DNA of 64,000 nt from Candidatus Bathyarchaeia archaeon (GTDB lineage Archaea > Thermoproteota > Bathyarchaeia > Bathyarchaeales > Bathycorpusculaceae): contig JBEKOM010000001.1 of assembly GCA_049521795.1 (NCBI GenBank), forward strand, positions 448,001 to 512,000, in the 5' to 3' direction. Below are positions 48,834 to 59,388 of this stretch, piece by piece. The translations under genes and the position numbers were made by a program. The notes beneath the pieces were generated by a model. The model was not told the origin of the DNA. It saw only the letters and a program-made list of their open reading frames with translations, and made no database searches. How positions within the stretch are numbered: the first letter of the stretch is position 1; each line of letters starts with the position of its first letter.

Positions 48834-50123
48834 CTAAAAAGTGAAGTCTGTAAGGTTCAACTGTTGAACTCTTCTCGGAACAACCTGCTCCGTCTGAGGC
48901 TCGTTCGAGATTATCAGTTGCCCGTATACGCCGTCGTAGCCCGGCACAACCTTAGCCTTTCCTTCTCGAACCCTGACCACCGCATCGGCAACTTCCCCGC
49001 CGGCGACCGCGCTCAGTTCTTCCCTCGAAGCGCCTATGAGAACCGCGTACTCATCGCCGAACCGTTCAACCAGTGGGTTGTAGATGTTCCAAACCTTCTG
49101 CGCATAAGGTGAATCTGTTCCGAGTACTGTTGCGATGATTTCCGAGAGCGGAAGCAGGCGCATGAAACCAATCGCGCCGTCAGGTTGAAAACCCTCCGGC
49201 CGGTCAGCGAGCTCCTCGACTCTCTGCTCAACGCCCTTTGTGAGTTGTCTGCGGCAGACTGGACAAACGTTCGCAAACTTCATAGCTTCATGGGCCGAGA
49301 GCGCCACGCGGCAGTTTCTGTGTCCTGTCCAATGGTATTTTCCGTAGGCGGGGTCTGTTTCGATCGTAAACTTGAAGTGCCGCTTGTCCTTCAACCGAAT
49401 AGCTTCTGTCACTCCGCTGTAGCTCGGCCTTTCCAGATCAAAGACGTTGGCTTCTCTGCCGATCCGCCATGGCCAAAAGCTGTGGCAGTCACTGTTTGAG
49501 ACCAGCGTGAACTTGTCGAGCCTGCTTAGACGCCAGTTCATAGGCGGGTCCGATGAGAGGCCGGTTTCCAAAGCGTGAATATGCTTAGTCATGTCTTGAT
49601 AGCATTCTTCAACGGTGTCGAAGCCGCTGAAGGCTCCGAAGATGCTGAACCAAGGTGTCCAAGCGTGAGCGGGAAAGACCATGTTGTCACTTGAAACTTC
49701 CATTACTTCTTCAACCAAGGTTGCTGGGTCAACGTTCAACGTCGGTCTGCCATCTGTCTGCAGGTTTCCCCACTTTGACAGCCTATCGTTTACTTGGGCG
49801 GCGGTTTGCAAGCTCGGAGTTAGGATAACGTGGTGAACCTTTTTTGTCTCACTCTTGTACGTGAAGACCGTGCTGACCTCGGTTGTCATCATGAAACGAA
49901 TCGGTGACTCTGTGTTGTTTGCTAGTTTGTACAGGCTTGTTTCCGGCTCTGGAACGAGATTTTGACTCAGCTCTTCAAACCATTTTGGATGCGTGAAGTC
50001 TCCAGTGCCGACGATGTTCAAGCCTTTCACCATGGCAAAACGAGCTATCTCCTCGACGCACATCTTTTCGCTGGTCGCGCGACTGTAACGACTGTGAATG
50101 TGTAGGTCAGCTATCACCCTCAA
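48834..50123 (-). CDS. Endonuclease Q family (PHP domain, TIGR00375-like)
   Basis: ADLHIHSRYSRATS, GTGDFTHP, PAHAWTPW, ETGLSSD, SNSDCHS, GKYH, CPVC, PGYDGVYG. Confidence 0.9.
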   Translation of the reverse strand: MRVIADLHIHSRYSRATSEKMCVEEIARFAMVKGLNIVGTGDFTHPKWFEELSQNLVPEPETSLYKLANNTESPIRFMMTTEVSTVFTYKSETKKVHHVILTPSLQTAAQVNDRLSKWGNLQTDGRPTLNVDPATLVEEVMEVSSDNMVFPAHAWTPWFSIFGAFSGFDTVEECYQDMTKHIHALETGLSSDPPMNWRLSRLDKFTLVSNSDCHSFWPWRIGREANVFDLERPSYSGVTEAIRLKDKRHFKFTIETDPAYGKYHWTGHRNCRVALSAHEAMKFANVCPVCRRQLTKGVEQRVEELADRPEGFQPDGAIGFMRLLPLSEIIATVLGTDSPYAQKVWNIYNPLVERFGDEYAVLIGASREELSAVAGGEVADAVVRVREGKAKVVPGYDGVYGQLIISNEPQTEQVVPRRVQQLNLTDFTF

Positions 50124-50402
50124 CCTGTTCACCCGACCTGAATTTTCTTCCGAGCGCCTTCTCTGCGATCTTTTCAACGTCGATGTTCAGTGAGAACAAA
50201 AAGAGAGGAATGCCGAGCAATGCTTCAACAGACCACAGGTTTGAACCCTTCGAAGCCTCTGTTAGTAGCTGAAATTAATAAAGCAACCGCCGACCTCCTT
50301 CTGGTCCCGTAATAACGCCACATGTATAGTAGCTCGCTGAGCATCACGTTTAAATCAAGGCGTGTCCTACCAGAATCTTCAAGTCTTTTGAGAGGCTCAC
50401 AG

Positions 50403-50933
50403 TTGACGCCTAAAAGAGAACCGATCTGGATAGCAAGAGAACTGTCCAGATGCAGCGGGTGCAGGAAATGTGAGATTGCATGCTCGCTTTTCCATGAAAA
50501 CCGCGTTTGGCCCGAGGCATCCATGATCAGGGTCTTCATGCTGGTTCCTGGGCTGGAGTTTCCGCATTTCTGCGCTCAGTGTGAGGATTATCCCTGTGTA
50601 GAATCGTGTCCAGTTGGCGCTCTCTCGGTGAGTAAGAAGACCGGTGCAGTTCTGGTGGACAATGAAAAGTGCACGACTTGTGGGCAGTGTATTGATGCTT
50701 GTCCGGGCAGGATTCCGCACATGCACCCGAGGGAGAAGCACATCATTATCTGTGACCTGTGCAACGGCAACCCGCAGTGCGTGAAGGTCTGTCGGGAAGG
50801 AAGCTGGAACGTGCTTAGGACAGTTGAAAGGAAGGATGAAACTGCTTACAAGCTCTATGCGCGGAAACCGGAGGAAGTGACGCGAGATTTGGCCGCCAAG
50901 ATCTACGGTGAGAAGGGGGATGAATACCTGTGA
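50403..50933 (+). CDS. 4Fe-4S dicluster protein, electron-transfer partner of the downstream oxidoreductase
   Basis: CSGCRKCEIAC, CAQCEDYPCVESCP, CTTCGQCIDACP, CDLC....CVKVC. Overlaps the next start. Confidence 0.9.
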   Translation: MTPKREPIWIARELSRCSGCRKCEIACSLFHENRVWPEASMIRVFMLVPGLEFPHFCAQCEDYPCVESCPVGALSVSKKTGAVLVDNEKCTTCGQCIDACPGRIPHMHPREKHIIICDLCNGNPQCVKVCREGSWNVLRTVERKDETAYKLYARKPEEVTRDLAAKIYGEKGDEYL

Positions 50934-52807
50934 TTCTGGGGTACGCTGGAAAGTTTCTTGACGTCGACCTTTCAACGCAGACTATCAAGGAAACAAGGTT
51001 CAGCGACGAGATTTTGCGAGATTATGTTGGTGGTAGAGGGTTAGCCTCGAAGATTCTGTGGGACAGGCTGGGCGATAGATGGGAAAGAGTAGACCCTTTG
51101 GGACCTGATAATCTATTGTTGCTCTTAACTGGGCCGCTGACCGGGTATTTTCCTGGAGGCAGAACGTGTGTGTCTGGCAAGTCTCCGCAGAGCAACGGGG
51201 TCATTGGCTCAACGCTTTCGGGCGAGTTTGGGGTTGAGTTGAGGTGTGCAGGTTTTGACGGCGTAATCGTCAGCGGTGAATCAGAGAAGCCAGTTTACCT
51301 GTTCGTCAAGGATTCAGACGTTGAGCTTCGAGACGCCAGCCACGTTTGGGGCAAAGATGGGAAGCAGACAGTCACCGTGCTGACTAAGGAAGGTAGGCAG
51401 CTCCTGAATGAGCGTTATCGCCGATTCGGCGAGTGGAAGGAGCCTGCGATGCTGTACGTCGGTCCAGCCGGCGAAAACAAGGTGCGAACCGCTGTTGTGA
51501 TGACGAAGTGGTCGCACGCTGCGGGTTACGGCGGTTACGGAGCGGTCATGGGCTCCAAGAAGCTCAAGGCAGTCGTTGTCAAGGGGACGGGTCCGCTGCC
51601 GGAGGCCGCTGACATCGGCAGAGTGAAGAAGCTGATCAGGAGCGTGTGCGACGATGTGTACGAGGGGGAGATGTGGAGGCGCTGGGGAACCGGCGGAGGA
51701 GGCTACTATTTCGGAGCGAAGACGAGTTCTGAGCCGGTGCGCAACTGGCAGGAGGAGTGGCATGATGAGAAGGGCTACGGCGTTGACAAGTTTGAGAACC
51801 GCTTCTGGATGAAGCAGTACTGGGGCGACTTCGGCTGCCCGACGACTTGCCTGAAGCTTGCTGTTATAAAGGATGGAAAGTACAAAGGAGCGATAACCGA
51901 CAACCCTGACTATGAGATGCAGGCCTACCTAGGACCGAACTTGGGCATCTTCGTGCCTGAGGAGAACGTGTTTCTCTCGTCGCTCGTTGACGATTTGGGC
52001 CTTTGCGGCATACAGACGGGCAACGTGATGGGCTTTGCGGCTGAGCTGTATCAGAGAGGAATACTGAAGAAAGAGGACTTGGACGGTTTAGAGCTCAAAT
52101 GGGGCAACGCGGAAGCCTTCGCGGCTCTGGCCAAGAAGATCGCTTTCCGAAAGGGCATAGGTGACGTGCTGGCCGAAGGAACGTACCGCGCAGCGTTGAA
52201 GCTCGGGAAGATGAAGAAGAAGAACCTGTTGCCCTACGCTGTGCAGTCCAAGGGCGTAAGCATCGGCGCACACGGAATCCGCAGTGGGAAAGACTTTCCT
52301 GAAATCATCTCCTACGCCTGCGGAGTCCAATGCGGAGACCACACATCGCTAACGGGACTGCCGCTAGAGAGGAACAGCGAGCTGATGGAGACTTTCAACG
52401 ATTCAGGAGTCTTCTGCAGCTTCAACAGCTTCGCAGGGCCGACGAGAGTTCGCTTCGACTTCTACTCTGCGGTCACAGGTGTAAAATTGACGAAAAAAGA
52501 GTGGTGCACGAACAAAGCTTTGAAGACACTGCAGCTTCAGAGGACGCTGCTGCTGCTAGGCGGACCCGACGCAACGTGGAACCCAAAGGAGGATGATGAC
52601 AACCCTCCGAGGTTCTACGAGCCCTTACCATCAGGACCCAAGAAGGGGAAGACAGCAGACAGGGCTGCAGTCGAAGAGTACAAACAAAGATACTACACAG
52701 CGGTCGGCTGGGACGAGAACGGTATACCAACATCGGAGATTCTCACAAAACTCGGCCTGAAAGACGTTGACAAAGCGTTGAAAAAGCGAATTCGCTCTGT
52801 AATATGA
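50930..52807 (+). CDS. Tungsten-type aldehyde:ferredoxin oxidoreductase family protein (WOR5-like two-subunit arrangement)
   Basis: VGGRG, GKSPQS, GYGAVMGSKKLKAV, PDYE, DDLGLCG, GWDENGIP. Confidence 0.93.
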   Translation: MILGYAGKFLDVDLSTQTIKETRFSDEILRDYVGGRGLASKILWDRLGDRWERVDPLGPDNLLLLLTGPLTGYFPGGRTCVSGKSPQSNGVIGSTLSGEFGVELRCAGFDGVIVSGESEKPVYLFVKDSDVELRDASHVWGKDGKQTVTVLTKEGRQLLNERYRRFGEWKEPAMLYVGPAGENKVRTAVVMTKWSHAAGYGGYGAVMGSKKLKAVVVKGTGPLPEAADIGRVKKLIRSVCDDVYEGEMWRRWGTGGGGYYFGAKTSSEPVRNWQEEWHDEKGYGVDKFENRFWMKQYWGDFGCPTTCLKLAVIKDGKYKGAITDNPDYEMQAYLGPNLGIFVPEENVFLSSLVDDLGLCGIQTGNVMGFAAELYQRGILKKEDLDGLELKWGNAEAFAALAKKIAFRKGIGDVLAEGTYRAALKLGKMKKKNLLPYAVQSKGVSIGAHGIRSGKDFPEIISYACGVQCGDHTSLTGLPLERNSELMETFNDSGVFCSFNSFAGPTRVRFDFYSAVTGVKLTKKEWCTNKALKTLQLQRTLLLLGGPDATWNPKEDDDNPPRFYEPLPSGPKKGKTADRAAVEEYKQRYYTAVGWDENGIPTSEILTKLGLKDVDKALKKRIRSVI

Positions 52808-52989
52808 GAAATCCCCCAGAGAACGCGTCGACAGCCCCTGCTCAGAAAAAACCGAGGGGGAGAGGGCTAAGCGCGTTAGACCGGTGAAAAAGCGAAACCG
52901 GGAAATGTTAACTCCTTCAGTTGCACCTCTGCCCACCGTCATGCTGACTCTTCTAAGAAGAACGTGTTGTTACGTATTCTTGAAGGCTC

Positions 52990-54066
52990 TCAGCGTTGTC
53001 TCTTCCCTTGGATGAATTCCTCAACAGCCTGCTTGGCCATCGCGTCCGGAACTTGGATCGGCGGGTGCTTAAAGGCGTAAGAAGATATGCTCAATAGTGC
53101 TCCTCCGATTTTGCGGTCCAATGCGATTTTGACTGCTCGTATTATGTCGATCACGACTCCGGCGCTGTTCGGTGAGTCTTCAACTTCAAGCTTCACCGAC
53201 ATTGTTAAGGGTCTGTCGCCGAATTTTCTTCCCTTCAGCCACAAATAGCAGATCTTCTTGTTTCCCAGGAACGGCACGTAATCTGAGGGTCCTATGCGGG
53301 TGGGCAAGTCGTACGGAACCATGCTCGTCACGGCTTCGGTCTTGCTGATCCGCTTAGTCTTCAACCGTTCCTCGACCGTCATGTTCAGAAAGTCGGTGTC
53401 TCCGCCGAGGTTCAGCTGATAAGTCTCATCGATGATCACGCCCCTGTCCACGCACAGTTTAGCGATATTTCTGTGCAGGATGGTGGCTCCTAACTGGCTC
53501 TTGATGTCGTCTCCAGCGATTGGAAGTCCTCTTTCCTCAAACTTTTTGCTCCATGACCCGTCCGAGGCGATGAACTCGGGCATGCAGTTGATGAAGGCGC
53601 AACCAGCGTCCAAGGCTGATTGAGCGTAGAATCGAGCGGCTTTGTGGCTTCCCACAGGCAGATAGTTCACGAGTATCTGCGCCTTGGACTCCTTCAAAAC
53701 GTCGACGACGTGTTCGGGGCCAACTTCGTTCTTGTAGACGTTGAACACCTTCTTCATGTGTTCAGCCGCTCCGTCGAGAACTGGGCCTCCCGTAACTTTG
53801 ACGTCTAAGGTGGGCACGTCTGCAAATTTCTCGCAGCAGTTCGGCGCGGTAAAAATGGCTTCAGACAAGTCTTTTCCGATCTTGTCCTTGTTCACCTCAA
53901 AGGCTGCGACGAACTTCACATCCCTTATGTGGTACGGGCCAAAACTGACGTGCATCAAGCCTGGCACGTTCGTGTTTTCCTTTGCGTTCTTGTAATACTG
54001 AACTCCTTGAATGAGAGCCGAGGCAGAATTGCCCACACCGACCAGCGCGACACGAATTTCTGGCAA
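52990..54066 (-). CDS. ino1: myo-inositol-1-phosphate synthase
   Basis: GVGNSAS, NYLPVGS, GDDIKSQLGAT, QLNLGGDTDFLNM, VEDSPNSAG. Confidence 0.95.
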   Translation of the reverse strand: MPEIRVALVGVGNSASALIQGVQYYKNAKENTNVPGLMHVSFGPYHIRDVKFVAAFEVNKDKIGKDLSEAIFTAPNCCEKFADVPTLDVKVTGGPVLDGAAEHMKKVFNVYKNEVGPEHVVDVLKESKAQILVNYLPVGSHKAARFYAQSALDAGCAFINCMPEFIASDGSWSKKFEERGLPIAGDDIKSQLGATILHRNIAKLCVDRGVIIDETYQLNLGGDTDFLNMTVEERLKTKRISKTEAVTSMVPYDLPTRIGPSDYVPFLGNKKICYLWLKGRKFGDRPLTMSVKLEVEDSPNSAGVVIDIIRAVKIALDRKIGGALLSISSYAFKHPPIQVPDAMAKQAVEEFIQGKRQR

Positions 54067-54198
54067 GCTACGTTTTCTCCTTCAACACTCTCTTCGGTTT
54101 AAGGCTTTAACAGACGTCTGATGTATAACTTTTTCTGGAAAGACAAAATTAAAATGGAACTTAAACCAGTTAGACAACACGAGAGAACGGTGAACGTT

Positions 54199-54567
54199 AT
54201 GAGTGAAGGCGAAGTTTCAGTGAAATACGAGCCTTTCAAGGAAATCGTGATCATGGAGAAGGATTTCTTCGCGAACGCTGATGAGATAGCGAGGTTTGCG
54301 TCTATAATCGCCGGCGGCAAAGCTGCGGGCCTGTACTGGGCTGAAGGCGTGGTTTTTCTGTACTTTCCCTTGCCAGCATCAACAGAGGTCACTGCGAAAA
54401 TGCTGGTTGAAAAGGGACGCGTCTACTGGACTTTCCTCGGCTATTCCTTTATGCCTAAGTACCAGGCGGTGATCGAGACGCGAGAAAAAATGATCGTGCC
54501 CGTTGTCGATATGACGTCTAACGCGTTGATCAAGAAAGTTGCAGTTTGGCTGAAGGAGCAAAAATAA
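54199..54567 (+). CDS. Conserved archaeal hypothetical protein
   Basis: YEPFKEIVIME...LYWAEGVVF...IVPVVD. Clean ORF, start uncertain. Confidence 0.65.
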   Translation: MSEGEVSVKYEPFKEIVIMEKDFFANADEIARFASIIAGGKAAGLYWAEGVVFLYFPLPASTEVTAKMLVEKGRVYWTFLGYSFMPKYQAVIETREKMIVPVVDMTSNALIKKVAVWLKEQK

Positions 54568-54629
54568 TCGCTTTTTTGTCCCCGGGTTTTTCTTTCAACA
54601 TGTAAACCTGTTGCAGGAGTCTTGGTTGC

Positions 54630-55016
54630 TTGAAGACGCTGTGTCTGAAAGGAAGGGTCTTCTCGGGCATAGGTGAAGGAGCAGAATTCCTTAACCTTTC
54701 CTGGGCTAGAAAACAGATAGAAGAAAAGTTGGGTTTCACGCCTTATTCTGGAACACTGAACGTACGGCTTGATGAGAAGAGCATCAAAACGAAGAGAGCC
54801 TTGACGAAAGCGACAGGGGTGGAAATCTTGCCTGCTTCTGGCTATTGCCGTGCAAGAATCTTCAAGGCAAGCATGATGAAGGTGAAGTGTGCAGCTCTTA
54901 TCCTGGAAGTTCCCGGTTACCCAGAAGATATCATTGAATTGATTTCATCAACAAACCTGAGAGAAAAGCTTCATCTTGCCGATGGCAGCCCGGTTGACGT
55001 TAAAGTCACGTTTTGA
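54630..55016 (+). CDS. ribK: CTP-dependent riboflavin kinase
   Basis: GRVFSGIGEG, LGFTPYSGTLN, IELIS..NLREKL.L.DG. Confidence 0.9.
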   Translation: MKTLCLKGRVFSGIGEGAEFLNLSWARKQIEEKLGFTPYSGTLNVRLDEKSIKTKRALTKATGVEILPASGYCRARIFKASMMKVKCAALILEVPGYPEDIIELISSTNLREKLHLADGSPVDVKVTF

Positions 55017-56514
55017 CCTGTTTCCTTCGTTTCTTCTCACAGAAGTTCTTGATGTACTCTTCAAGGTAGCCCTTCTTCTGCAGGTAGAGTCCGTACCTTA
55101 CAAGACTGTTCATCGCTCTTGCAGCGTCTTCCGGCGATGAATAAGCAGGAACACCTAACCCGTCAAACCTTAGGCGTATGCTCAGGGCCATTTCTGTCTC
55201 GCCGATGTCGCACGCAACCATCGGCTTTTCATAGTTGCCTGCGACCTTGGCGACCATATCGATGTAGTCTTCTCTCAGAGCGGGAGTCTGATGCAGGCCC
55301 ATCATTATTACGCCATGGATATCTGGGTCTTGGAAGACGATGTCTGTTGCAAGCTCAAACATTTCCGACGTGCCTGAACCCGTCACGTCCACGGGGTTGA
55401 GGTTTGTCGCAAACTTCGGAAGCTTGCCTTCAATCTTCAACTTCTCAAACTTTGCAACCGTTTCTTCTGAGAAGCGTTTGACGTTCAACCCCACTGCTCC
55501 GCACTCGTCAACCGCCATTATACCCGGTCCTCCTGCATCCGTGATCACCGCAACGTTTTCCCCTTTAGCAGGCATCTGCATCGACAACGCCTTTCCAGCG
55601 TGGAAGAACTCATCCATATCCCTTGCCCTGAGAACGCCCGTCTGCTGGAAGGCAGCATCATAGATTCTGTCCGACCCGGCTATGGCGCCAGTGTGCGACG
55701 CTGCAGCTCGTGCACCAGCCTCTGTTCTTCCAGATTTTATGGCAACGACAGGCTTTTTCCTAGTTATTTCTTCCGCTGCTTCAAGAAACCTTCTGCCATG
55801 TTTTATGTCCTCAACGTATAGCAGTACCACGGTTGTTTCTTTGTCGTGGCACAGGTAGCGAAGCATCTCCGCCTCGTCCACGTCGATCTTGTTGCCGAAA
55901 CTCACGAATTTGCTGGCTCCCGTGTGTAAACCCGCCAAATAGTCAAGAGCCGCTGCGCCGAAAGCGCCGCTCTGACTGACGATCGCTATGTTGCCCGGCA
56001 AGGGGCGCGGTGTCGCAACGACCTCGTCTCCGGTTATAAGAACCTTTGTTTCTGGCAGGAAAAGCATGTCGACTCCTGTTCTGGAATCGTACACACCGAG
56101 ACAGTTGGGTCCGAGAACCCGAATTCCAGCCTTCTTAGCTATGGCTGCAACTTCACTCTCGAGCTCACGGTTTCCCACCTCGGCGAAACCAGCGCTGATT
56201 ATGACGGCTGCTTTGACCTTCTTTTCAGCCGCTTCCCTCATGACCTGGGGCACAGCGCTTGCTGGGACAACGATGACGACCAGCTCAAGGTCTCCTGAGA
56301 TCTTGCTCAAGTTCGGGAAACACTTGATGCCCAGTATCGATTTTTCGTTTGGGTTAACCGCGTACAATTCGCCCTTGAAAACCTGTCTGGTCTTGTTCTC
56401 AACGAAATTCTTGAATATGATCTGTCCAGCTTTTTCTATTTTCTTCGTAGCTCCCACGATTGCGACGGAGCGGGGGTCAAAAAAAGCTTTCAGCGCTTTC
56501 GTTTCATCTTCCAT
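55006..56514 (-). CDS. acdA: Acetate--CoA ligase (ADP-forming) alpha subunit family
   Basis: PRSVAIVGA, GPNCLG, SQSGA, AASHTGAIAG (phospho-His), NPVDVTG. Confidence 0.9.
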   Translation of the reverse strand: MEDETKALKAFFDPRSVAIVGATKKIEKAGQIIFKNFVENKTRQVFKGELYAVNPNEKSILGIKCFPNLSKISGDLELVVIVVPASAVPQVMREAAEKKVKAAVIISAGFAEVGNRELESEVAAIAKKAGIRVLGPNCLGVYDSRTGVDMLFLPETKVLITGDEVVATPRPLPGNIAIVSQSGAFGAAALDYLAGLHTGASKFVSFGNKIDVDEAEMLRYLCHDKETTVVLLYVEDIKHGRRFLEAAEEITRKKPVVAIKSGRTEAGARAAASHTGAIAGSDRIYDAAFQQTGVLRARDMDEFFHAGKALSMQMPAKGENVAVITDAGGPGIMAVDECGAVGLNVKRFSEETVAKFEKLKIEGKLPKFATNLNPVDVTGSGTSEMFELATDIVFQDPDIHGVIMMGLHQTPALREDYIDMVAKVAGNYEKPMVACDIGETEMALSIRLRFDGLGVPAYSSPEDAARAMNSLVRYGLYLQKKGYLEEYIKNFCEKKRRKQVKT

Positions 56515-56535
56515 CGACGTTTTCACCCTCGCTTC

Positions 56536-57378
56536 CTAGCGCTTGCTTCTAACAATAACTATGGGTTTATGCTTTACTGTCTGAAGCATTTCCCAGCTCA
56601 CATCAGTCAAGGCCACTTTGAAGTTTCTTGCCATATCCCACACGGTTCGTCCAGCGCCGAAGCCTCTCGAACGATTTGCCAATTCGGCAATTTCCAAAGC
56701 TTCTTCGACCCTCAGCTTTCGCCCAGAAACGGCCAAAGGCGTTGCTCTCTTCTTGAGCTTGAAGAACCGGCCAGCAACGTACGCTGCGAACCCTCCGAAA
56801 CAGTGTATGCCCTCAATCGGCCTTGGGCGCGGCGTAAAATGGAAACACTTCAAAGAATACGTTTTGTCAGTGTCAACGATCATGACACCCACTTTTTTCT
56901 GCAGTCCGAGCCATACTCGCTCGCGTATCGTCTCAGCTATTATGTTAGCATCATTCAAGGGCAGACTGACATAAGCGTACGGCAAGTTACTGCCATCAAT
57001 ACCGCCTTCAGACCCGAACATAAGAGTCTGCAGCAAACCTGCGTGTTGAAGCGCAACCTGCTTGTGACGGCTCCCCATCTCCGCTGGATATTCTCGGATA
57101 TGCTCAAGCAATGTTCTTCTAAGATGGCACATCGGTCCTAGAAAGTAGCCCCAGACCGTGCGCATCCAAAATGCGGCGATAAACCTTGCACCTAGGCCTG
57201 GTTCCACTTGGTTTTCGTCCACTATGTTGTTCCGAGCTGTTGAGATTGCCTTCTCTGAGACGACGATGAAGTCGTCATCAGCAATCCTTCCTCTAACGGA
57301 CCTGAGTATCTCTTCCAAGTAGTCTTGCCTAGGTTTCCAATACTTTGTGACAACTGGTAGAACCCTGTACCCGGTCAT
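56536..57378 (-). CDS. Coenzyme F420-0:gamma-glutamyl ligase-like (CofE family) protein
   Basis: VVSEKAIS, GGIDGSNLP, IVDTDKT motifs. Confidence 0.75.
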   Translation of the reverse strand: MTGYRVLPVVTKYWKPRQDYLEEILRSVRGRIADDDFIVVSEKAISTARNNIVDENQVEPGLGARFIAAFWMRTVWGYFLGPMCHLRRTLLEHIREYPAEMGSRHKQVALQHAGLLQTLMFGSEGGIDGSNLPYAYVSLPLNDANIIAETIRERVWLGLQKKVGVMIVDTDKTYSLKCFHFTPRPRPIEGIHCFGGFAAYVAGRFFKLKKRATPLAVSGRKLRVEEALEIAELANRSRGFGAGRTVWDMARNFKVALTDVSWEMLQTVKHKPIVIVRSKR

Positions 57379-57416
57379 TCGTATCGCGTCTGTGTTCAGA
57401 ACCGGAACTTGTCCAC

Positions 57417-58115
57417 TTACAAACGGCTGAACTTCTCTCTTATTTCCGAGACGTTGCACTCTGCCGGCTTCATCTTCCCTTCGGTGCAGTAGCCCAGCTC
57501 AACGCAGGTCGGCCCGCAGTTTTCGAACAATGCAGGTGCAGCTTTTTTTGCCTGTTTCAGCATTTCAACGGCGACTTTTCTTATCTCCCACTGTGCGCGA
57601 GCGCAGCATCTTAGGTTGAAGAAGTGACGCAGTTCTCTGGCGTTCATCGTCACGATAATGTTGGTTTTGGCAGCGTTGGGGAGAATGAACCTTGCGTCTT
57701 CCTTCGGAATTTCCATCTTCAAGAGCTTGCGGTATGCTTCAGAAATGTTCTCCAACGCGGCATCGAAGGTTTTCTTTGCTTGTGGGCTGCACGCGATGCT
57801 GGGAGGCGTCACATACTTTTCCAACGTGTCATAGGCCACGTAGCGCTGGCTCTGTTGCGTGTACGAGGCTATGCGGTGTCTGACCAGCTGATGTGTCATG
57901 CCCCTTGAAACGTCCTCGACACTGAACGTGAAGGATGCGTGTTCGATGACTGAAGCGTGTCCGTAGCCTGTTACTTTCCTGATTTTCTTTTTAGCCGTTT
58001 CAGAATCCATTTTTTCAAGTATCTCTGAGGGTTTTTCACTCTTTATCGTCGTTAGCGCTGCGGTTCCGCACAGCAGCTCCGCATCTGCTGTGCAACGGAG
58101 GAGCTTGACCTTCAA
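57417..58115 (-). CDS. thyX: FAD-dependent thymidylate synthase
   Basis: GHASVIEH, HQLVRHRIASYTQQSQRY, EDARFILP, MNAREL, AQWEIR. Confidence 0.96.
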   Translation of the reverse strand: MKVKLLRCTADAELLCGTAALTTIKSEKPSEILEKMDSETAKKKIRKVTGYGHASVIEHASFTFSVEDVSRGMTHQLVRHRIASYTQQSQRYVAYDTLEKYVTPPSIACSPQAKKTFDAALENISEAYRKLLKMEIPKEDARFILPNAAKTNIIVTMNARELRHFFNLRCCARAQWEIRKVAVEMLKQAKKAAPALFENCGPTCVELGYCTEGKMKPAECNVSEIREKFSRL

Positions 58116-58326
58116 CTCTCAACTCACCTTCAAAGTCTGATGTGAAAGTGATAGATAATTGAGGAAACCCGTATAAATCATCTACCCGAGGACAAGCTAC
58201 GGCATCAAGGGAAGCAGAAGGTATGTAAGAGCCGAGCAAGAAGTGAAAAACTCTGAAAGCCTTGTGATCACGAGGTGAGCTTATCTGTTTCTGATGAGGA
58301 GCTGAATGGAAGTGATTCTTTTCTTG

Positions 58327-59388
58327 CTAAACGTGAGTGTAAACGCGGTCAGTCGTGTATTTTCCGCTTTGCATCTCTTCGTCTATTTCGCGTAGCAGCA
58401 TTATCCGCTTGAAGGTTGGCGGGTGTGTTGAGAACCAGCTGTTTATTGTCCTCCAAGTGGATTTCGCTTCTTTTTCCATTGCAAGTTCCAATTCTTTTTC
58501 GTCCAAGACTCCGTCATGGTCCAGGTCGTACTCTTCTTTCTTGTCCGATATCTCCTGCATCTCTTGTTTGGCCAGTGAGGGGTCACTTATGTAGAAGGCT
58601 CTTACGCCGGACGGTGCTTTTGGTGAAAGTGAGAGTCCGTACGTGATCTTCGTAAGGGCGCTTTCAAGGTTTCTGGGTGCCTTCGTCACGTAGGCTGAGT
58701 AGGCGTCTGCGTAGTGTTCTCGCAGTCTGCTGAGTCTCATTACGCAGAGCAGTGAGACTATGTAGACGACGTAGGAAAGGATTCCGACTACGATCAAAGC
58801 TGCTCCCACGTCGCCTTCGTTTTTTTGTCTTGACCTGCCTGATAATAACGCTGCTTCTGTTGTTCCTCTTGCGATGAGATACGCAACTAGTGGCAGTGCT
58901 GAAAGCACCGTCATGACGATGTAGTCCTTGTGTTTCAAGTGCCCCAGTTCGTGTCCGATCACGCCTTTAACCTCGTCTTCGTTCAGGTCTTTTAGAAGTC
59001 CTTCGTGGAAGGCGAGGGTTGCGCTGTTCGATGTTCTTCCGAACACAAACGCGTTGGGCGTTTTGTCGGGCACCACGGCGAGTTTCGGCATCGGTATTTT
59101 ACTCTCGTCTGCCAGTTCCTTTACTGTAGATTCAAGCCAAGGGTTTTCACCAGGCTTCAAGTACTGCAAGTGGGTTGACATTCTGACAAGAGCTGGTCCG
59201 ATAAGGTACTGAAACAGGATGAAAACGATTGGAAGAGCCAAAATGAGGACTATCCAAATGGATAGACTTATGTCCACGACGAACAATTGGACGATAAAAA
59301 TTATTACTGCTAGGAACGTGGCGAAAATGAGGGCCACCAAAAAAATGCTTGTTCCCATTGCAAGCTTCAGTTGACCAAGTCCGGCCAA
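58327..59388 (-). CDS. htpX: Zinc metalloprotease HtpX (M48)
   Basis: PNAFVFG, HELGH (HExxH), SRLREHYAD, STHPP, TM helices. Confidence 0.93.
   Translation of the reverse strand: MAGLGQLKLAMGTSIFLVALIFATFLAVIIFIVQLFVVDISLSIWIVLILALPIVFILFQYLIGPALVRMSTHLQYLKPGENPWLESTVKELADESKIPMPKLAVVPDKTPNAFVFGRTSNSATLAFHEGLLKDLNEDEVKGVIGHELGHLKHKDYIVMTVLSALPLVAYLIARGTTEAALLSGRSRQKNEGDVGAALIVVGILSYVVYIVSLLCVMRLSRLREHYADAYSAYVTKAPRNLESALTKITYGLSLSPKAPSGVRAFYISDPSLAKQEMQEISDKKEEYDLDHDGVLDEKELELAMEKEAKSTWRTINSWFSTHPPTFKRIMLLREIDEEMQSGKYTTDRVYTHV

Noticed and set aside
52822-52877. Imperfect hairpin between the convergent AOR and ino1 genes
   Set aside because: It is a plausible terminator, but the pairing is too irregular to call.
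58255-58320. Possible C/D box sRNA (TGATGA...CTGA) between thyX and htpX
   Set aside because: The boxes are only 4 nt apart and no complete C/D'/C'/D layout is evident.
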